From the NCBI GenBank assembly GCA_030913385.1, contig CP133159.1, forward strand, positions 640,584 through 704,583: a stretch of DNA of 64,000 nt, written 5' to 3'. The position numbers and the translations under genes are program-made. Positions 10,456-19,873 of this stretch are shown here, piece by piece. The notes below the pieces were generated by a model. That model was not told where the DNA came from and did no database searches. It saw only the letters and a program-made list of their open reading frames with translations. The first letter of the stretch is position 1. Each line of letters opens with the position of its first letter. The stretch is from Cytophagaceae bacterium ABcell3. GTDB lineage: Bacteria; Bacteroidota; Bacteroidia; Cytophagales; Cytophagaceae.

Positions 10456-11568
10456 ATGGGTAGAATAATAGATAGACTTATGAAAAACATTATTGTACTT
10501 GGTATGCACCGTTCAGGCACCTCTATGGTTACAGGTTTGCTATCTAAACTAGGATATTATGTTGGGGCTCCTGAAGAATTAACTAATACGAGCGAGGAAA
10601 ATCCTAAGGGTTTTTTTGAAAGAAAAGATGTAAGAAATATCAACGACGAATTATTGATAGGTAATGATTTTGACTGGTATAAAGTTGCGGGCTTTACAAC
10701 GGACTCTTTGACTGATTCTTCTGTTCATAAATATAAAGAAGAAATTTCAGGTGTTTTTAACCTTCTTAGAAAAAAGGGGCCTTTTGCAATAAAAGAGCCA
10801 CGGCTATGTCTGTTATATCTAATTTTTAAAGAAATGGTTAGGGATGATATAAAGCTATTGGTCTATCGGGATCCAATAGAGTCAGCAGAATCTTTGCTTA
10901 AGAGGAATAAGTTCCCTTTGCATTTTGGCCTTGCTTTGTGGGAGAAGTACCATAAAGCTTTATTTAACTCCCTCTCTAACGACCATTTGATTCTAGTAAA
11001 CTATAATAAATTGCTTAATGACCCAAAGGCCGAGGTTCAAAATTTGGTCAACAGTATTAATAGTTTGTCAGGGGATGACATTGCGCTTGAACAGGGTGCG
11101 CTAGATTTTATCTGCCCTGAATTGTACAGGAGCAATAAATACAAGAAATATGGTGTAGGTTATTTGACTGATAGTCAAAAGTATATATGGAATCAGTTGA
11201 AAAACTTCGATCAAAGCAAAACTTTGCGTTCACCTGAAAACCCTCTGATGGAAGTCGTTCTCGAGACTCATCAAGAATTGATGGAGGAGTATCTTCAACA
11301 GAAAGCAATTATAAATAGTCAGCGTAAGGATCTTAAAGAATCAAAAGAAGCGTTTGCAAAATTTAGGAAATCACATAGGTTAGAAGTGAAGTTTCTGCTG
11401 GATTCAATAAGAATCTTCCATGGCCGACATTTAAGTTATAAACGTTCATTAATCTTTAGAATCAAAGACATGATCAGAAAAGGACACCTTAAATACATAG
11501 ATGATAGGTATGAAGACGTATTTAGCAAATTTCCAGAGGTTACTGGTGAAAGAAAAGTTAACCAGTAG
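10456..11568 (+). CDS. Sulfotransferase family protein
   Basis: IIVLGMHRSGTS plus YRDPIESAESL and LALWEKY. It is paralogous to the N-terminal domain of the 1325-aa protein. Confidence 0.7.
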   Translation: MGRIIDRLMKNIIVLGMHRSGTSMVTGLLSKLGYYVGAPEELTNTSEENPKGFFERKDVRNINDELLIGNDFDWYKVAGFTTDSLTDSSVHKYKEEISGVFNLLRKKGPFAIKEPRLCLLYLIFKEMVRDDIKLLVYRDPIESAESLLKRNKFPLHFGLALWEKYHKALFNSLSNDHLILVNYNKLLNDPKAEVQNLVNSINSLSGDDIALEQGALDFICPELYRSNKYKKYGVGYLTDSQKYIWNQLKNFDQSKTLRSPENPLMEVVLETHQELMEEYLQQKAIINSQRKDLKESKEAFAKFRKSHRLEVKFLLDSIRIFHGRHLSYKRSLIFRIKDMIRKGHLKYIDDRYEDVFSKFPEVTGERKVNQ

Positions 11569-11620
11569 GCGATTCAATTTAGGTAATTTGCTGCCTACTG
11601 GTATAAAAATATTTTTTACT
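11562..11620. terminator. Hairpin between convergent genes; also direct repeat copy 2
   Basis: CCAGTAGGC...GCCTACTGG forms a 9-bp stem, followed by A/T runs. The stop codon of 10456..11568 lies inside the left arm. Confidence 0.5.
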
Positions 11621-12599
11621 TCTTCCCCTTCTTCCCTGCCAAAAAAGCCACACCTGCGGCGGTGGCTAGCACGGCGGTTCCTGCAAGGGCCAAGTTTTTG
11701 ACAGGTGTTCTCATACCTCTGGTATTTTCATATCCTCCACTGACTGATTTAAAGTTAGGATTGGGCTCGTAAAGGTTGCCTTTTGAGGGTTCTGAGGACT
11801 CTTGGCTAAAGTGCTTCTTATAAACGCCTTTTCTGTATAGTTTTGCAAAAGTCTCTGGCGCAAATGCTTTGACAATGCCGTTCATTACACCCATGCCTCC
11901 TATGATTACTTCGGGTTGCGGTTTTTCTGCTAATTTTACAATGGTTTCAGCTACTTCTTTGGCTTCTAACACCGGGTTCATAGGTTTTACCTCACGCCCC
12001 ATATAGTTGCTTAGCTGTCTGAACAGTGGTGTGTCGATGGTTGCTGGCAGTACAGAGCAAACATGGATGTTTTTTTCGTCAGACAGTTCATGCTGTAGAG
12101 CCAAGCTCATACCGCGAATGCCTGCTTTGCTGGTGGTATAAGCAAATGAATAAGCTTGCCCCGTCATCCCTACGATGGAGGATAGGTTGATAAGCACGCC
12201 ATGTCCTTGCTCTCTGAAGTATTTTATTACGGCTTTTGCTCCATAAATGTATCCAAATAGGTTTACTTTAATGACCCTCTCAATATCTTCTATTGGAGAG
12301 TCGTCAAACTTCCCCATCATGGCTACGGCAGCATTGTTTACCCATACATCAATTCTTCCATAGGTTTCATATGCTTTTCGGGCCAGGTCTTTCACTTGGT
12401 CTTGGTTTGATACGTCTAAAGCATATACCATGGCTTCGCCACCAGCTTCTTTGCATTCTTGGGCCAGCTCGTCCAGAGCTTCTTTTTTTCTTGCAGCTAA
12501 AATTACGGTTTGGCCTTGTTTAGCAAATTCCAGAGCCGTTGCACGTCCTATTCCGCTTGACGCTCCTGTAATTACAATTACTTTTTCCTTTCCTTTCAT
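11616..12599 (-). CDS. SDR family oxidoreductase with C-terminal hydrophobic anchor
   Basis: VIVITGASSGIGRAT Rossmann motif, the YTTSKAG catalytic YxxxK, and a C-terminal LALAGTAVLATAAGVAFLAGKKGKK tail. Confidence 0.85.
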   Translation of the reverse strand: MKGKEKVIVITGASSGIGRATALEFAKQGQTVILAARKKEALDELAQECKEAGGEAMVYALDVSNQDQVKDLARKAYETYGRIDVWVNNAAVAMMGKFDDSPIEDIERVIKVNLFGYIYGAKAVIKYFREQGHGVLINLSSIVGMTGQAYSFAYTTSKAGIRGMSLALQHELSDEKNIHVCSVLPATIDTPLFRQLSNYMGREVKPMNPVLEAKEVAETIVKLAEKPQPEVIIGGMGVMNGIVKAFAPETFAKLYRKGVYKKHFSQESSEPSKGNLYEPNPNFKSVSGGYENTRGMRTPVKNLALAGTAVLATAAGVAFLAGKKGKK

Positions 12600-12775
12600 T
12601 TTTTCCTTTTTTAAAAATGTGGGGTTAAATGAGTTTTATTATCGGCTATTAGTTTTAAGACTATTTTTTTGCTTATATGTTTATCTATTTAAATTACAAA
12701 TACACCAAGTGACACAGTTACCTAATGTATATAAGTTTAGCAGTTTGCCCACATAACTATTTATGGTTTTAGAGG

Positions 12776-14194
12776 TTGGGTTTATCTATGGGTGAAAGTA
12801 GTGGCAATATGCGACTGGTCAGAAAAGAAGTTAAAGAGGCTCCTACAGGCATTAAGTGGGTGAAGTATCTAGCTCCTGGACTGATTTGGATGGTTTCTTC
12901 TATAGGGTCAGGGACAATTTTGTTTACCCCTAGGATTGGAGCTCGCTATGAATATGAATTAGTGTGGATGGCTATTGCGATCAGTGCGCTTATATTTTTT
13001 GTCATTAAAGAGGTGGCGCGCTTTACAGTGGTTACAGGCAAATCTATTATAGAAGGTTTTAGTATGCTTCCCGGCCCTATCAACTGGGGCGTTTGGTTTT
13101 TGTTTCTCCCACACTTATTTGCTGCTATTATTATGGCCAGTGGTCTTGCCTTACTTGCGGGGAGTACGGCTATAACAACATTTGGGGGCAGTCCGGTGGT
13201 CTATGCAGTAGTCTTGATCATTGCTTGTTTGGCTTTGGTGCTTTCTGGAAAATATAAAGGTTTTGAGAAGGCTACATCTGTCCTGGGTGGGCTATTAGTT
13301 GTTATTGCCTTAATTACAGCTATTCGGGTGTTGCCTGGAACAGGGGCGCTGATTCGTGGGACAGTTCCCCAAATCCCTTATGACTTTGATATAACCTTTG
13401 TACTTCCTTGGGTGGGCTTTTTTCTGGCCGGTGCAGCTGGCCTATTGTGGTTTTCTTACTGGGTAGCAAGTAAAGGGTTTGGAGGCTCTCTTTTAGGAGA
13501 GGATGGCATTCAGGTGCTAAACCATGAGGAAGGGTTGCAAAAAAGTGATGAGCGTTTAATTAAGTTTGGCAAATGGATGAAGGTTCTGAATGCAGCATGC
13601 TTACTGGGAATTGTCACCGGTGCTTTGATCAATTTTGCGTTTCTTGTTTTAGGCACAGAATTGCTTGCGCCCGAGGGTGTTATACCTGAAGGTGTAGAGG
13701 TTGCTGAAGATTTAACCCTACTTCTTTCAGGAGTGTGGGGCGAAACAGGAAGGTGGTTTTTGCTCATCAGTGTTTTTATTGCTTTGACTGGTAGCATTAT
13801 GAGTAACCAAGATGGCTATGGTAGAATGTTTTCTGATACAACCTTGTTGTTGTTTGGTCATAAATTAAAGAGAAAGTCAAAAACAGGCTATGGTAAATGG
13901 GTCTCAAAAAAGTCAAACATTGCCGCTGTTTATAGTACCATATTTTCAGCTTTCATTCCTATGATGCTTTATTTTTGGCTGGAAGATCCTGTAACTATTC
14001 TTTCGGCATCAGGAATTATTTCTGCTATTCATATTCCTTTTATCGTTTTTGGGACATTGTATATTAACAATAGGTTCATTCCTGTGAACCTCAGGCCAGG
14101 ACGTTTTTCTGTTGCCTTGCTTTGGCTGGCAGGTATTTTTTTTAGTCTACTAGCTTTTCAGCAGGTTGTTGAACTGTTCGGCATTGAATTTTAG
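12776..14194 (+). CDS. Nramp-related membrane transporter (atypical metal-site motif)
   Basis: APGLIWMVSSIGSGT...YEYELVWM aligns to the Nramp TM1 region GPGxL...DPGN...GYxLLW, but reads GSGT in place of DPGN. No MPH motif was found in TM6. Confidence 0.55.
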   Translation: MGLSMGESSGNMRLVRKEVKEAPTGIKWVKYLAPGLIWMVSSIGSGTILFTPRIGARYEYELVWMAIAISALIFFVIKEVARFTVVTGKSIIEGFSMLPGPINWGVWFLFLPHLFAAIIMASGLALLAGSTAITTFGGSPVVYAVVLIIACLALVLSGKYKGFEKATSVLGGLLVVIALITAIRVLPGTGALIRGTVPQIPYDFDITFVLPWVGFFLAGAAGLLWFSYWVASKGFGGSLLGEDGIQVLNHEEGLQKSDERLIKFGKWMKVLNAACLLGIVTGALINFAFLVLGTELLAPEGVIPEGVEVAEDLTLLLSGVWGETGRWFLLISVFIALTGSIMSNQDGYGRMFSDTTLLLFGHKLKRKSKTGYGKWVSKKSNIAAVYSTIFSAFIPMMLYFWLEDPVTILSASGIISAIHIPFIVFGTLYINNRFIPVNLRPGRFSVALLWLAGIFFSLLAFQQVVELFGIEF

Positions 14195-14242
14195 TAATTT
14201 ATATACGATACATGACCTCTTGGACGATTAAGGGTTAAAACA

Positions 14243-14275
14243 AAAAAGCCGCACAGGGGCGGCTTTTTTGTTTTA
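14243..14275. terminator. Bidirectional Rho-independent terminator
   Basis: AAAAAAGCCGCACAGGGGCGGCTTTTTTGTTTT, positioned between convergent genes. Confidence 0.8.
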
Positions 14276-14288
14276 AGTTGTAAAGAAG

Positions 14289-14789
14289 TCATTCCTCTCC
14301 CGTCTCTATTGCTTCAAACAAAAGGGATTCGCCTGAGTCGCCGTAGTAGACAGTCATGATATTGTAATACATGCTAAACTCCGTTGCTGTCTCAATAGCT
14401 TTTATAAGCCTGCTTTCGTAGCTTAAAAGCTCTGACGGCTCTAATAGAGATGAAGAAACTTCTGCTTCACCTGTGCTGATTTGATCATTGTTGACTGTAT
14501 AGAAGCCTTCGAACCTGTTTAAAACGGCTCCGGTATATACGCCTCCATCAAAAGTTATAATAATTCGGTAGTTAGGATTGTTGTCGTAGGCAATACATGG
14601 GGGGTATTCAAGCTGGTCGCCGCCTTTTGTTTGGAATCCAATGAACTTCCAGCTCCCGTTAAACTCTTTTTCCTCACCTTGCTTCACTGAGTAGCTTACT
14701 CTGCATGGAGGGTCTGCACGCTCTTCTTCTTTTTGGCAAGAAGACATTATTACCAGAAGCAATAATGTAAACGGTAAAATTATTTTCAT
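14289..14789 (-). CDS. Lipoprotein, hypothetical
   Basis: Signal peptide with lipobox: MKIILPFTLLLLVIMSSCQ. Confidence 0.6.
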   Translation of the reverse strand: MKIILPFTLLLLVIMSSCQKEEERADPPCRVSYSVKQGEEKEFNGSWKFIGFQTKGGDQLEYPPCIAYDNNPNYRIIITFDGGVYTGAVLNRFEGFYTVNNDQISTGEAEVSSSLLEPSELLSYESRLIKAIETATEFSMYYNIMTVYYGDSGESLLFEAIETGEE

Positions 14790-14951
14790 GGTAAGATTAA
14801 ATTATTAGAAACTAAGAAACGCAAAATCAACGTAATTTAGTGAATTGTGTTGAAATAAAAATATTCCTAATAAAAAAATACTAATGTACCTAAAAAAGTA
14901 AGTGTGAAAAAGTAAAAAGTAGAGGTATCGCTTTATGGCCCCTCTACTTTT

Positions 14952-15122
14952 TAACCTGGATTATTCGTTAGATTTCGTTATGAGGGGCAAAATAACAAAA
15001 AATCAGCGTATTTGGTTTGCAAAGCATAGTGGTTCTATGGTTAAAAACCAAATGCGAGCGAAGCGTCTGATTTGGAGTTATTTTGCCACGCAATAGAAAG
15101 TTCTAATGCATGTTTCAGGTTT
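14952..15122 (+). repeat. MITE-like repeat copy A (about 170 bp, TTAA-flanked, CCTGGA...TTCAGG termini)
   Basis: About 90% identical to the reverse complement of 33284..33452. It abuts the stop codon of the DHS-like gene. Confidence 0.8.
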
Positions 15123-15126
15123 AAAG

Positions 15127-16104
15127 TTACCACCCTAAAATATGGGCAAACATTAATGGCGCTACTATGGTCGCGTCGCTTTCCACTATAAACTTAGGGG
15201 TATTAATATCAAGTTTTCCCCAAGTAATTTTTTCATTAGGCACAGCACCTGAATAAGAGCCATAGGAAGTGGTAGAGTCAGAAATTTGACAGAAGTAGCT
15301 CCAAAATGGGACGTCATGCCACTCGAGATCCTGATACATCATCGGCACAACACAAATCGGAAAATCTCCGGCTATACCACCACCAATTTGGAAGAAACCA
15401 ACCCCTTTGCCTCCTGAGTTTTCTTTGTACCATTGGGTAAGGTATGTCATGTATTCGATGCCACTTTTCATCGTAGAGGGCTTAAGTTCCCCTTTTATGC
15501 AGTATGATGCAAAAATATTCCCCATGGTGCTATCTTCCCACCCTGGAACTATGATTGGAAGGTTTTTCTCCGCTGCAGCCAACATCCAGCTGTCTTTCGT
15601 GTCTATTTCATAGTGCTCTTTCATTGCACCAGAAAGCAGCAGTTTATACATATATTCATGTGGTAAATACCGCTCGCCTTTTTCTTCTGCCTCTTTCCAA
15701 ATTTTAAAAATATGCTTTTGAATCCTTCTGAAGGCTTCTTCTTCGGGAATGCAGGTGTCGGTAACCCTATTATAGCCATTTTCCAATAACTCCCATTCCT
15801 CTTGAGGGCTAAGGTCTCTATAATGTGGTACGCGCTTATAGTGTGTGTGCGCCACCAGGTTCATGATATCTTCCTCAAGGTTTGCCCCGGTACAGGAAAT
15901 AATTGATACCTTGTCCTGGCGAATCATTTCGGCAAGGGAAAGCCCGAGCTCTGCGGTGCTCATAGCTCCGGCAAGGGTAATCATCATTTTGCCACCTTCG
16001 TTCAGGTGTGTTACATAGCCTTTGGCGGCATCCATCATTGCGGCAGCATTGAAATGGCGGTAGTGGTGCGCCATAAATTGGGAAATGGGTCCTTGTGTTG
16101 TCAT
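15127..16104 (-). CDS. Deoxyhypusine synthase-like protein
   Basis: LAGAMSTAELGL...SCTGANLEEDI and a C-terminal ITWGKLDINTPKFIVESDATIVAPLMFAHIL match the DHS family. Confidence 0.75.
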   Translation of the reverse strand: MTTQGPISQFMAHHYRHFNAAAMMDAAKGYVTHLNEGGKMMITLAGAMSTAELGLSLAEMIRQDKVSIISCTGANLEEDIMNLVAHTHYKRVPHYRDLSPQEEWELLENGYNRVTDTCIPEEEAFRRIQKHIFKIWKEAEEKGERYLPHEYMYKLLLSGAMKEHYEIDTKDSWMLAAAEKNLPIIVPGWEDSTMGNIFASYCIKGELKPSTMKSGIEYMTYLTQWYKENSGGKGVGFFQIGGGIAGDFPICVVPMMYQDLEWHDVPFWSYFCQISDSTTSYGSYSGAVPNEKITWGKLDINTPKFIVESDATIVAPLMFAHILGW

Positions 16105-16414
16105 CTTTTTTAATTTTTATGCTTTTTTAACTGAATTTGGCCTTTTGCTTAAAACTTTCACAAATTTTACTATTTAACTGAATTTTGTAACAAAAAATTA
16201 AAAAATTATTCTAGCATTAATTTCTAAACCTGGAATATGCACGAGAATTTGCTATTGCCCCTATTGACGAAATCTATTGCTTTAATTATCTGCAAAAACA
16301 CATGAGTTAGGTTAGCAGTTCACAAGATTAGAATGATCAGAGTGCTTTCTTAAATCAAACATAGTCATTGGTGGCAGGTTATTTTTTAATGAGAAACCAG
16401 ATGATCGACAGACT

Positions 16415-16792
16415 ATGGAATATATAATGGGAAAAACGCATTGGGCAATTGCAGAAGGGCTTATTCCTGATGAAAGTACAGGGCCGGAGCCAGAAATGGA
16501 AAGTCATGAGACGGCTTGCATCTTAAATACCAGTGACCAAGATGCACATGTAGAAATCATGATATACTTTAAAGGTAAAGACCCTGTAGGGCCATATAAA
16601 TATACGGTCCCGGCAAAAAGGGTTGAGCATATTCGTTTTAACAACTTAAATGATCCGGAGCCAATTCCTCGGGGCGAAGATTATGCAAGCACTATTATTT
16701 CAGATGTTCCAATAGTTGTGCAGCACTCCCGGTTAGATTCACGCCAATCTGAAAATGCATTGATGACAACCATGGCTTATGCCGCTACTTAA
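16415..16792 (+). CDS. Sensory rhodopsin transducer-like protein (ASRT family)
   Basis: 125 aa. WAIAEG, GPEP, SHETxCILN, VGPY and VPIVVQHSRLDSRQSENAL match my recollection of ASRT/TM1070-type proteins. Confidence 0.6.
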   Translation: MEYIMGKTHWAIAEGLIPDESTGPEPEMESHETACILNTSDQDAHVEIMIYFKGKDPVGPYKYTVPAKRVEHIRFNNLNDPEPIPRGEDYASTIISDVPIVVQHSRLDSRQSENALMTTMAYAAT

Positions 16793-16855
16793 ATTCGGTT
16801 GGGCAAGACTAATTAAAGTTAATTTAATTCATGGGTTGCATGTAAAATAGGTTTT

Positions 16856-18511
16856 ATGGTAAATCAATGGTATAAAAGTGCTGTTGTCTATGGCATTGAT
16901 GTAAAGGTTTTCAGTGATTCGGATGGGGATGGAATGGGAGATTTTCAAGGGCTTATCAGTAAACTCGACTATCTTTCTTCCTTAGGGGTAAATTGCTTAT
17001 GGTTGTTGCCATTCCACCCGTCACCTAAAATAGACAATGGATATGATGTAGCAGATTATTATAATGTAGATCCGGCGCTGGGAAACCTTGGGGACTTTGT
17101 TCAGTTTATTCATGAAGCTGACCAAAGAGGCATTAGGGTTATTATGGATTTGGTTATTAACCACACTTCTGTAGAAAATTCGTGGTTTAAAGATGCCAGT
17201 GCCACCAGGGAGTCACGGTATAGAGACTATTATATATGGGAAGACGAGCCGAAGGAAAATAAAGAAAAAGTAATGCTCAAAGGGATACAAGAAAGTATCT
17301 GGGAGTATTCAGAGGCAACGGATTCCTATTACCTACACAGGTATTTTAAAGACCAGGCAGATTTAAATTTGGCCAACCCAAGGGTTCGAAAAGAAGTCCT
17401 TAAGATTATGGATTTTTGGCTTAAGCTAGGCGTTTCTGGTTTCAGGATAGATGCGGCACATGTGGTCACAGACCCCGCTGATGTGGACCATATCGATTTC
17501 GGAAACCTCCACACTTTATTTGATGAGATGCGGGCTTTCCTTGATATCCGTAATCCCAATGCTGTTTTACTTGGTGAAGCGAGTGTGGGACCTGATGAAC
17601 TTCCTAAATACTTTGGCAACAATGAGTCGGGGAAAGAACGAATACACATGCTTTTTAACTTTCTCATTAATAAGCATATCATGTTGTCCTTTGCGAGACA
17701 AGAAGGGGCAACTGTTGCTAAAGGTTTAAAGCTATACAAAGATATAGCACAATCCCATTGGTTAAACTTTGTTCGCCATCATGACGAGCTTAACCTGGAG
17801 CTTCTAAGCGATGATGAACGAATGGAGGTTTGGAATGCTTTTGCCCCGGAAGAAGATATGCGCCTTTTTGGGCATGGTATTAGGAGAAGGTTGCCTCCCA
17901 TGCTAAAAAACAATCATGCGAGGATCCGACAAATTTACAGTCTTATGTTCAGCATGCCTGGTACTCCATTGATAAGTTATGGGGAAGAAATAGGTATGGG
18001 CGACAATCTCAGCCTTGAAGGGCGAGAAAGTGTAAGGACTCCTATGCAGTGGTCTCCTGTAAAAGGTGGCGGCTTCTCAACTGCTGACCCTGAAGACTTG
18101 TACCGGCCAGTGATTGAGTCTGGTGATTATAGTACAGAGAAGATCAACGTCAATGACCAACAGAATGATCCAAGCTCTTTGTTAAACTGGTTCTGTTCCT
18201 TAGTTAAAGTGCGACGGCAGAACCCTGTAATTGGAATGGGTGCGTGGGATATATTAAATGTAAGTGATTCCTGTGCAGTTGCTTTGATCTACGAAATGCC
18301 AGAGGCTACTGTGGTTGTAGCCCATAACCTTTCTCCAGAACCGGTTGAGGTAAGTGTGGATACCGGGTTTCTGCTAAAATCGGCAGTAGAAATTTTTTCT
18401 GATGAAAAATATGACAAGGAAATTCTATTTAACAAGCTAAAGTTAAACGGTTACGGCTATCGCTGGATCCAGGTGCTGGACAAAGAAAAAATAACATTCT
18501 TAAATAATTAG
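16856..18511 (+). CDS. GH13 family alpha-glucan enzyme (trehalose synthase / oligo-1,6-glucosidase-like)
   Basis: WYKSAVVYGIDVKVFSDSDGDGMGDFQGL, the DLVINHTS motif and GFRIDAAHV; 551 aa. Confidence 0.85.
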   Translation: MVNQWYKSAVVYGIDVKVFSDSDGDGMGDFQGLISKLDYLSSLGVNCLWLLPFHPSPKIDNGYDVADYYNVDPALGNLGDFVQFIHEADQRGIRVIMDLVINHTSVENSWFKDASATRESRYRDYYIWEDEPKENKEKVMLKGIQESIWEYSEATDSYYLHRYFKDQADLNLANPRVRKEVLKIMDFWLKLGVSGFRIDAAHVVTDPADVDHIDFGNLHTLFDEMRAFLDIRNPNAVLLGEASVGPDELPKYFGNNESGKERIHMLFNFLINKHIMLSFARQEGATVAKGLKLYKDIAQSHWLNFVRHHDELNLELLSDDERMEVWNAFAPEEDMRLFGHGIRRRLPPMLKNNHARIRQIYSLMFSMPGTPLISYGEEIGMGDNLSLEGRESVRTPMQWSPVKGGGFSTADPEDLYRPVIESGDYSTEKINVNDQQNDPSSLLNWFCSLVKVRRQNPVIGMGAWDILNVSDSCAVALIYEMPEATVVVAHNLSPEPVEVSVDTGFLLKSAVEIFSDEKYDKEILFNKLKLNGYGYRWIQVLDKEKITFLNN

Positions 18512-18514
18512 ACA

Positions 18515-19483
18515 ATGATGAAACTAGGTTACCATATATCACATGAGCAGTTTTCGCCAGCAGACCTTTTAAGGTATGTGAAGAAAGCTGAGGAAGCAGG
18601 TTTTCAATTTGCTTTGTCTTCTGATCATTTTCACCCGTGGAACAATGACCAAGGGCACTCTGGGTTTGCCTGGGCGTGGTTAGGAGCGGCTATGGCACAA
18701 ACGGATTTGAATTTTGGTGTAGTCAATTGCCCAGCGTACAGATACCATCCAGCTATTATTGCTCAGGCTGCAGCCACACTGGACAATATGTTTCCTGATA
18801 GGTTTTGGATGGCCATAGGTAGCGGTCAGGCGTTGAATGAAGCTATTAACGGAGAGCATTGGCCAGCCAGGGAAGAACGTAACAACAGGCTTAAAGAGGC
18901 AGCGGATATAATGGAAACTTTATGGAGAGGCGATTCTGTTACGCGTCATGGAGTGATTAAAGTGGAGGAGGCCAAGCTTTACACACTTCCACAAAGAAAA
19001 ATTCCATTGATTGGGGCAGCCATTACGCCGGACACAGCTGCTTGGCTGGCTACCTGGGCTGATGGCATGATCACCATTTCACAACCTGTCCAGCAATTGC
19101 AAAAAGTGGTAGATGCGTGGAAAAACAATGGCGGAGAAAATAAGCCGATGGTCCTAAAGGTGCAGGTCTCTTATGACAAGTCTGACGAGGAGGCTGTAAA
19201 AGGAGCACATGAACAATGGAAAACAAATGTTTTTGGGAGTGACATGCTTGCGGAACTAAGGACACCTCTTCAATTTGAGCAGGCTGCCATGCATGTGAAG
19301 CCGGAAGAGCTTCATGGACACGTAAATATGTCCAGTGACCCAGGGCGACATATCGATTGGTTAAATCAGTATATGGAGATGGGCTTTTATGAACTTTCTA
19401 TTCATAATGTCAATAAGAAGCAAGAGCAGTTTATTGATGCTTTTGGCGAGAAAATCATCCCAGAGTTGATGGTGACGCACTAA
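18515..19483 (+). CDS. LLM-class flavin/F420-dependent oxidoreductase (Fgd/G6PD-like)
   Basis: MKLGYHISHEQFSP...SSDHFHPW...CPAYRYHPAIIAQAAATLD resembles the F420-dependent G6P dehydrogenase family. Confidence 0.7.
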   Translation: MMKLGYHISHEQFSPADLLRYVKKAEEAGFQFALSSDHFHPWNNDQGHSGFAWAWLGAAMAQTDLNFGVVNCPAYRYHPAIIAQAAATLDNMFPDRFWMAIGSGQALNEAINGEHWPAREERNNRLKEAADIMETLWRGDSVTRHGVIKVEEAKLYTLPQRKIPLIGAAITPDTAAWLATWADGMITISQPVQQLQKVVDAWKNNGGENKPMVLKVQVSYDKSDEEAVKGAHEQWKTNVFGSDMLAELRTPLQFEQAAMHVKPEELHGHVNMSSDPGRHIDWLNQYMEMGFYELSIHNVNKKQEQFIDAFGEKIIPELMVTH

Positions 19484-19515
19484 TGTAGAATTTCAATTAT
19501 GATAAACATATAACT

Positions 19516-19815
19516 ATGGAGAGCTACATGCCAGTGCCTTGGGACTTTAGGGAAATGGTAGAAGAGGCAATTAAGCAGGAAGCCTCGGGAACTATCAATT
19601 ATTTTGGAGAAAACGATGCCATACTTTCGGTAATGGGGGCAGTTGAAGAACAACAGGAAATCCCTGGTGAAGGGGAGTTTTTGGTAATGGATTCGGGAAA
19701 GCTTGTCCGTATGGATTTGGTGATTACCTTGTTTGGCAAGCCGGGGCCTGCTTTTGATAAGTATGATGGGTTTGCCAATGAATGCCTTTCTTGTACAGGA
19801 GGCTATGATTTATAA
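19516..19815 (+). CDS. Hypothetical small protein
   Basis: The ORF sits directly downstream of the LLM gene and is followed by a terminator. Confidence 0.3.
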   Translation: MESYMPVPWDFREMVEEAIKQEASGTINYFGENDAILSVMGAVEEQQEIPGEGEFLVMDSGKLVRMDLVITLFGKPGPAFDKYDGFANECLSCTGGYDL

Positions 19816-19821
19816 ACAACA

Positions 19822-19850
19822 AAAGAGCCGACAAAGGCTCTTTTGTTTAT
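19822..19850 (+). terminator. Rho-independent terminator
   Basis: AAAAGAGCCGACAAAGGCTCTTTTGTTTATTTT. Confidence 0.75.
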
Positions 19851-19873
19851 TTTGCTTTTACTAAGGCAGGCCA

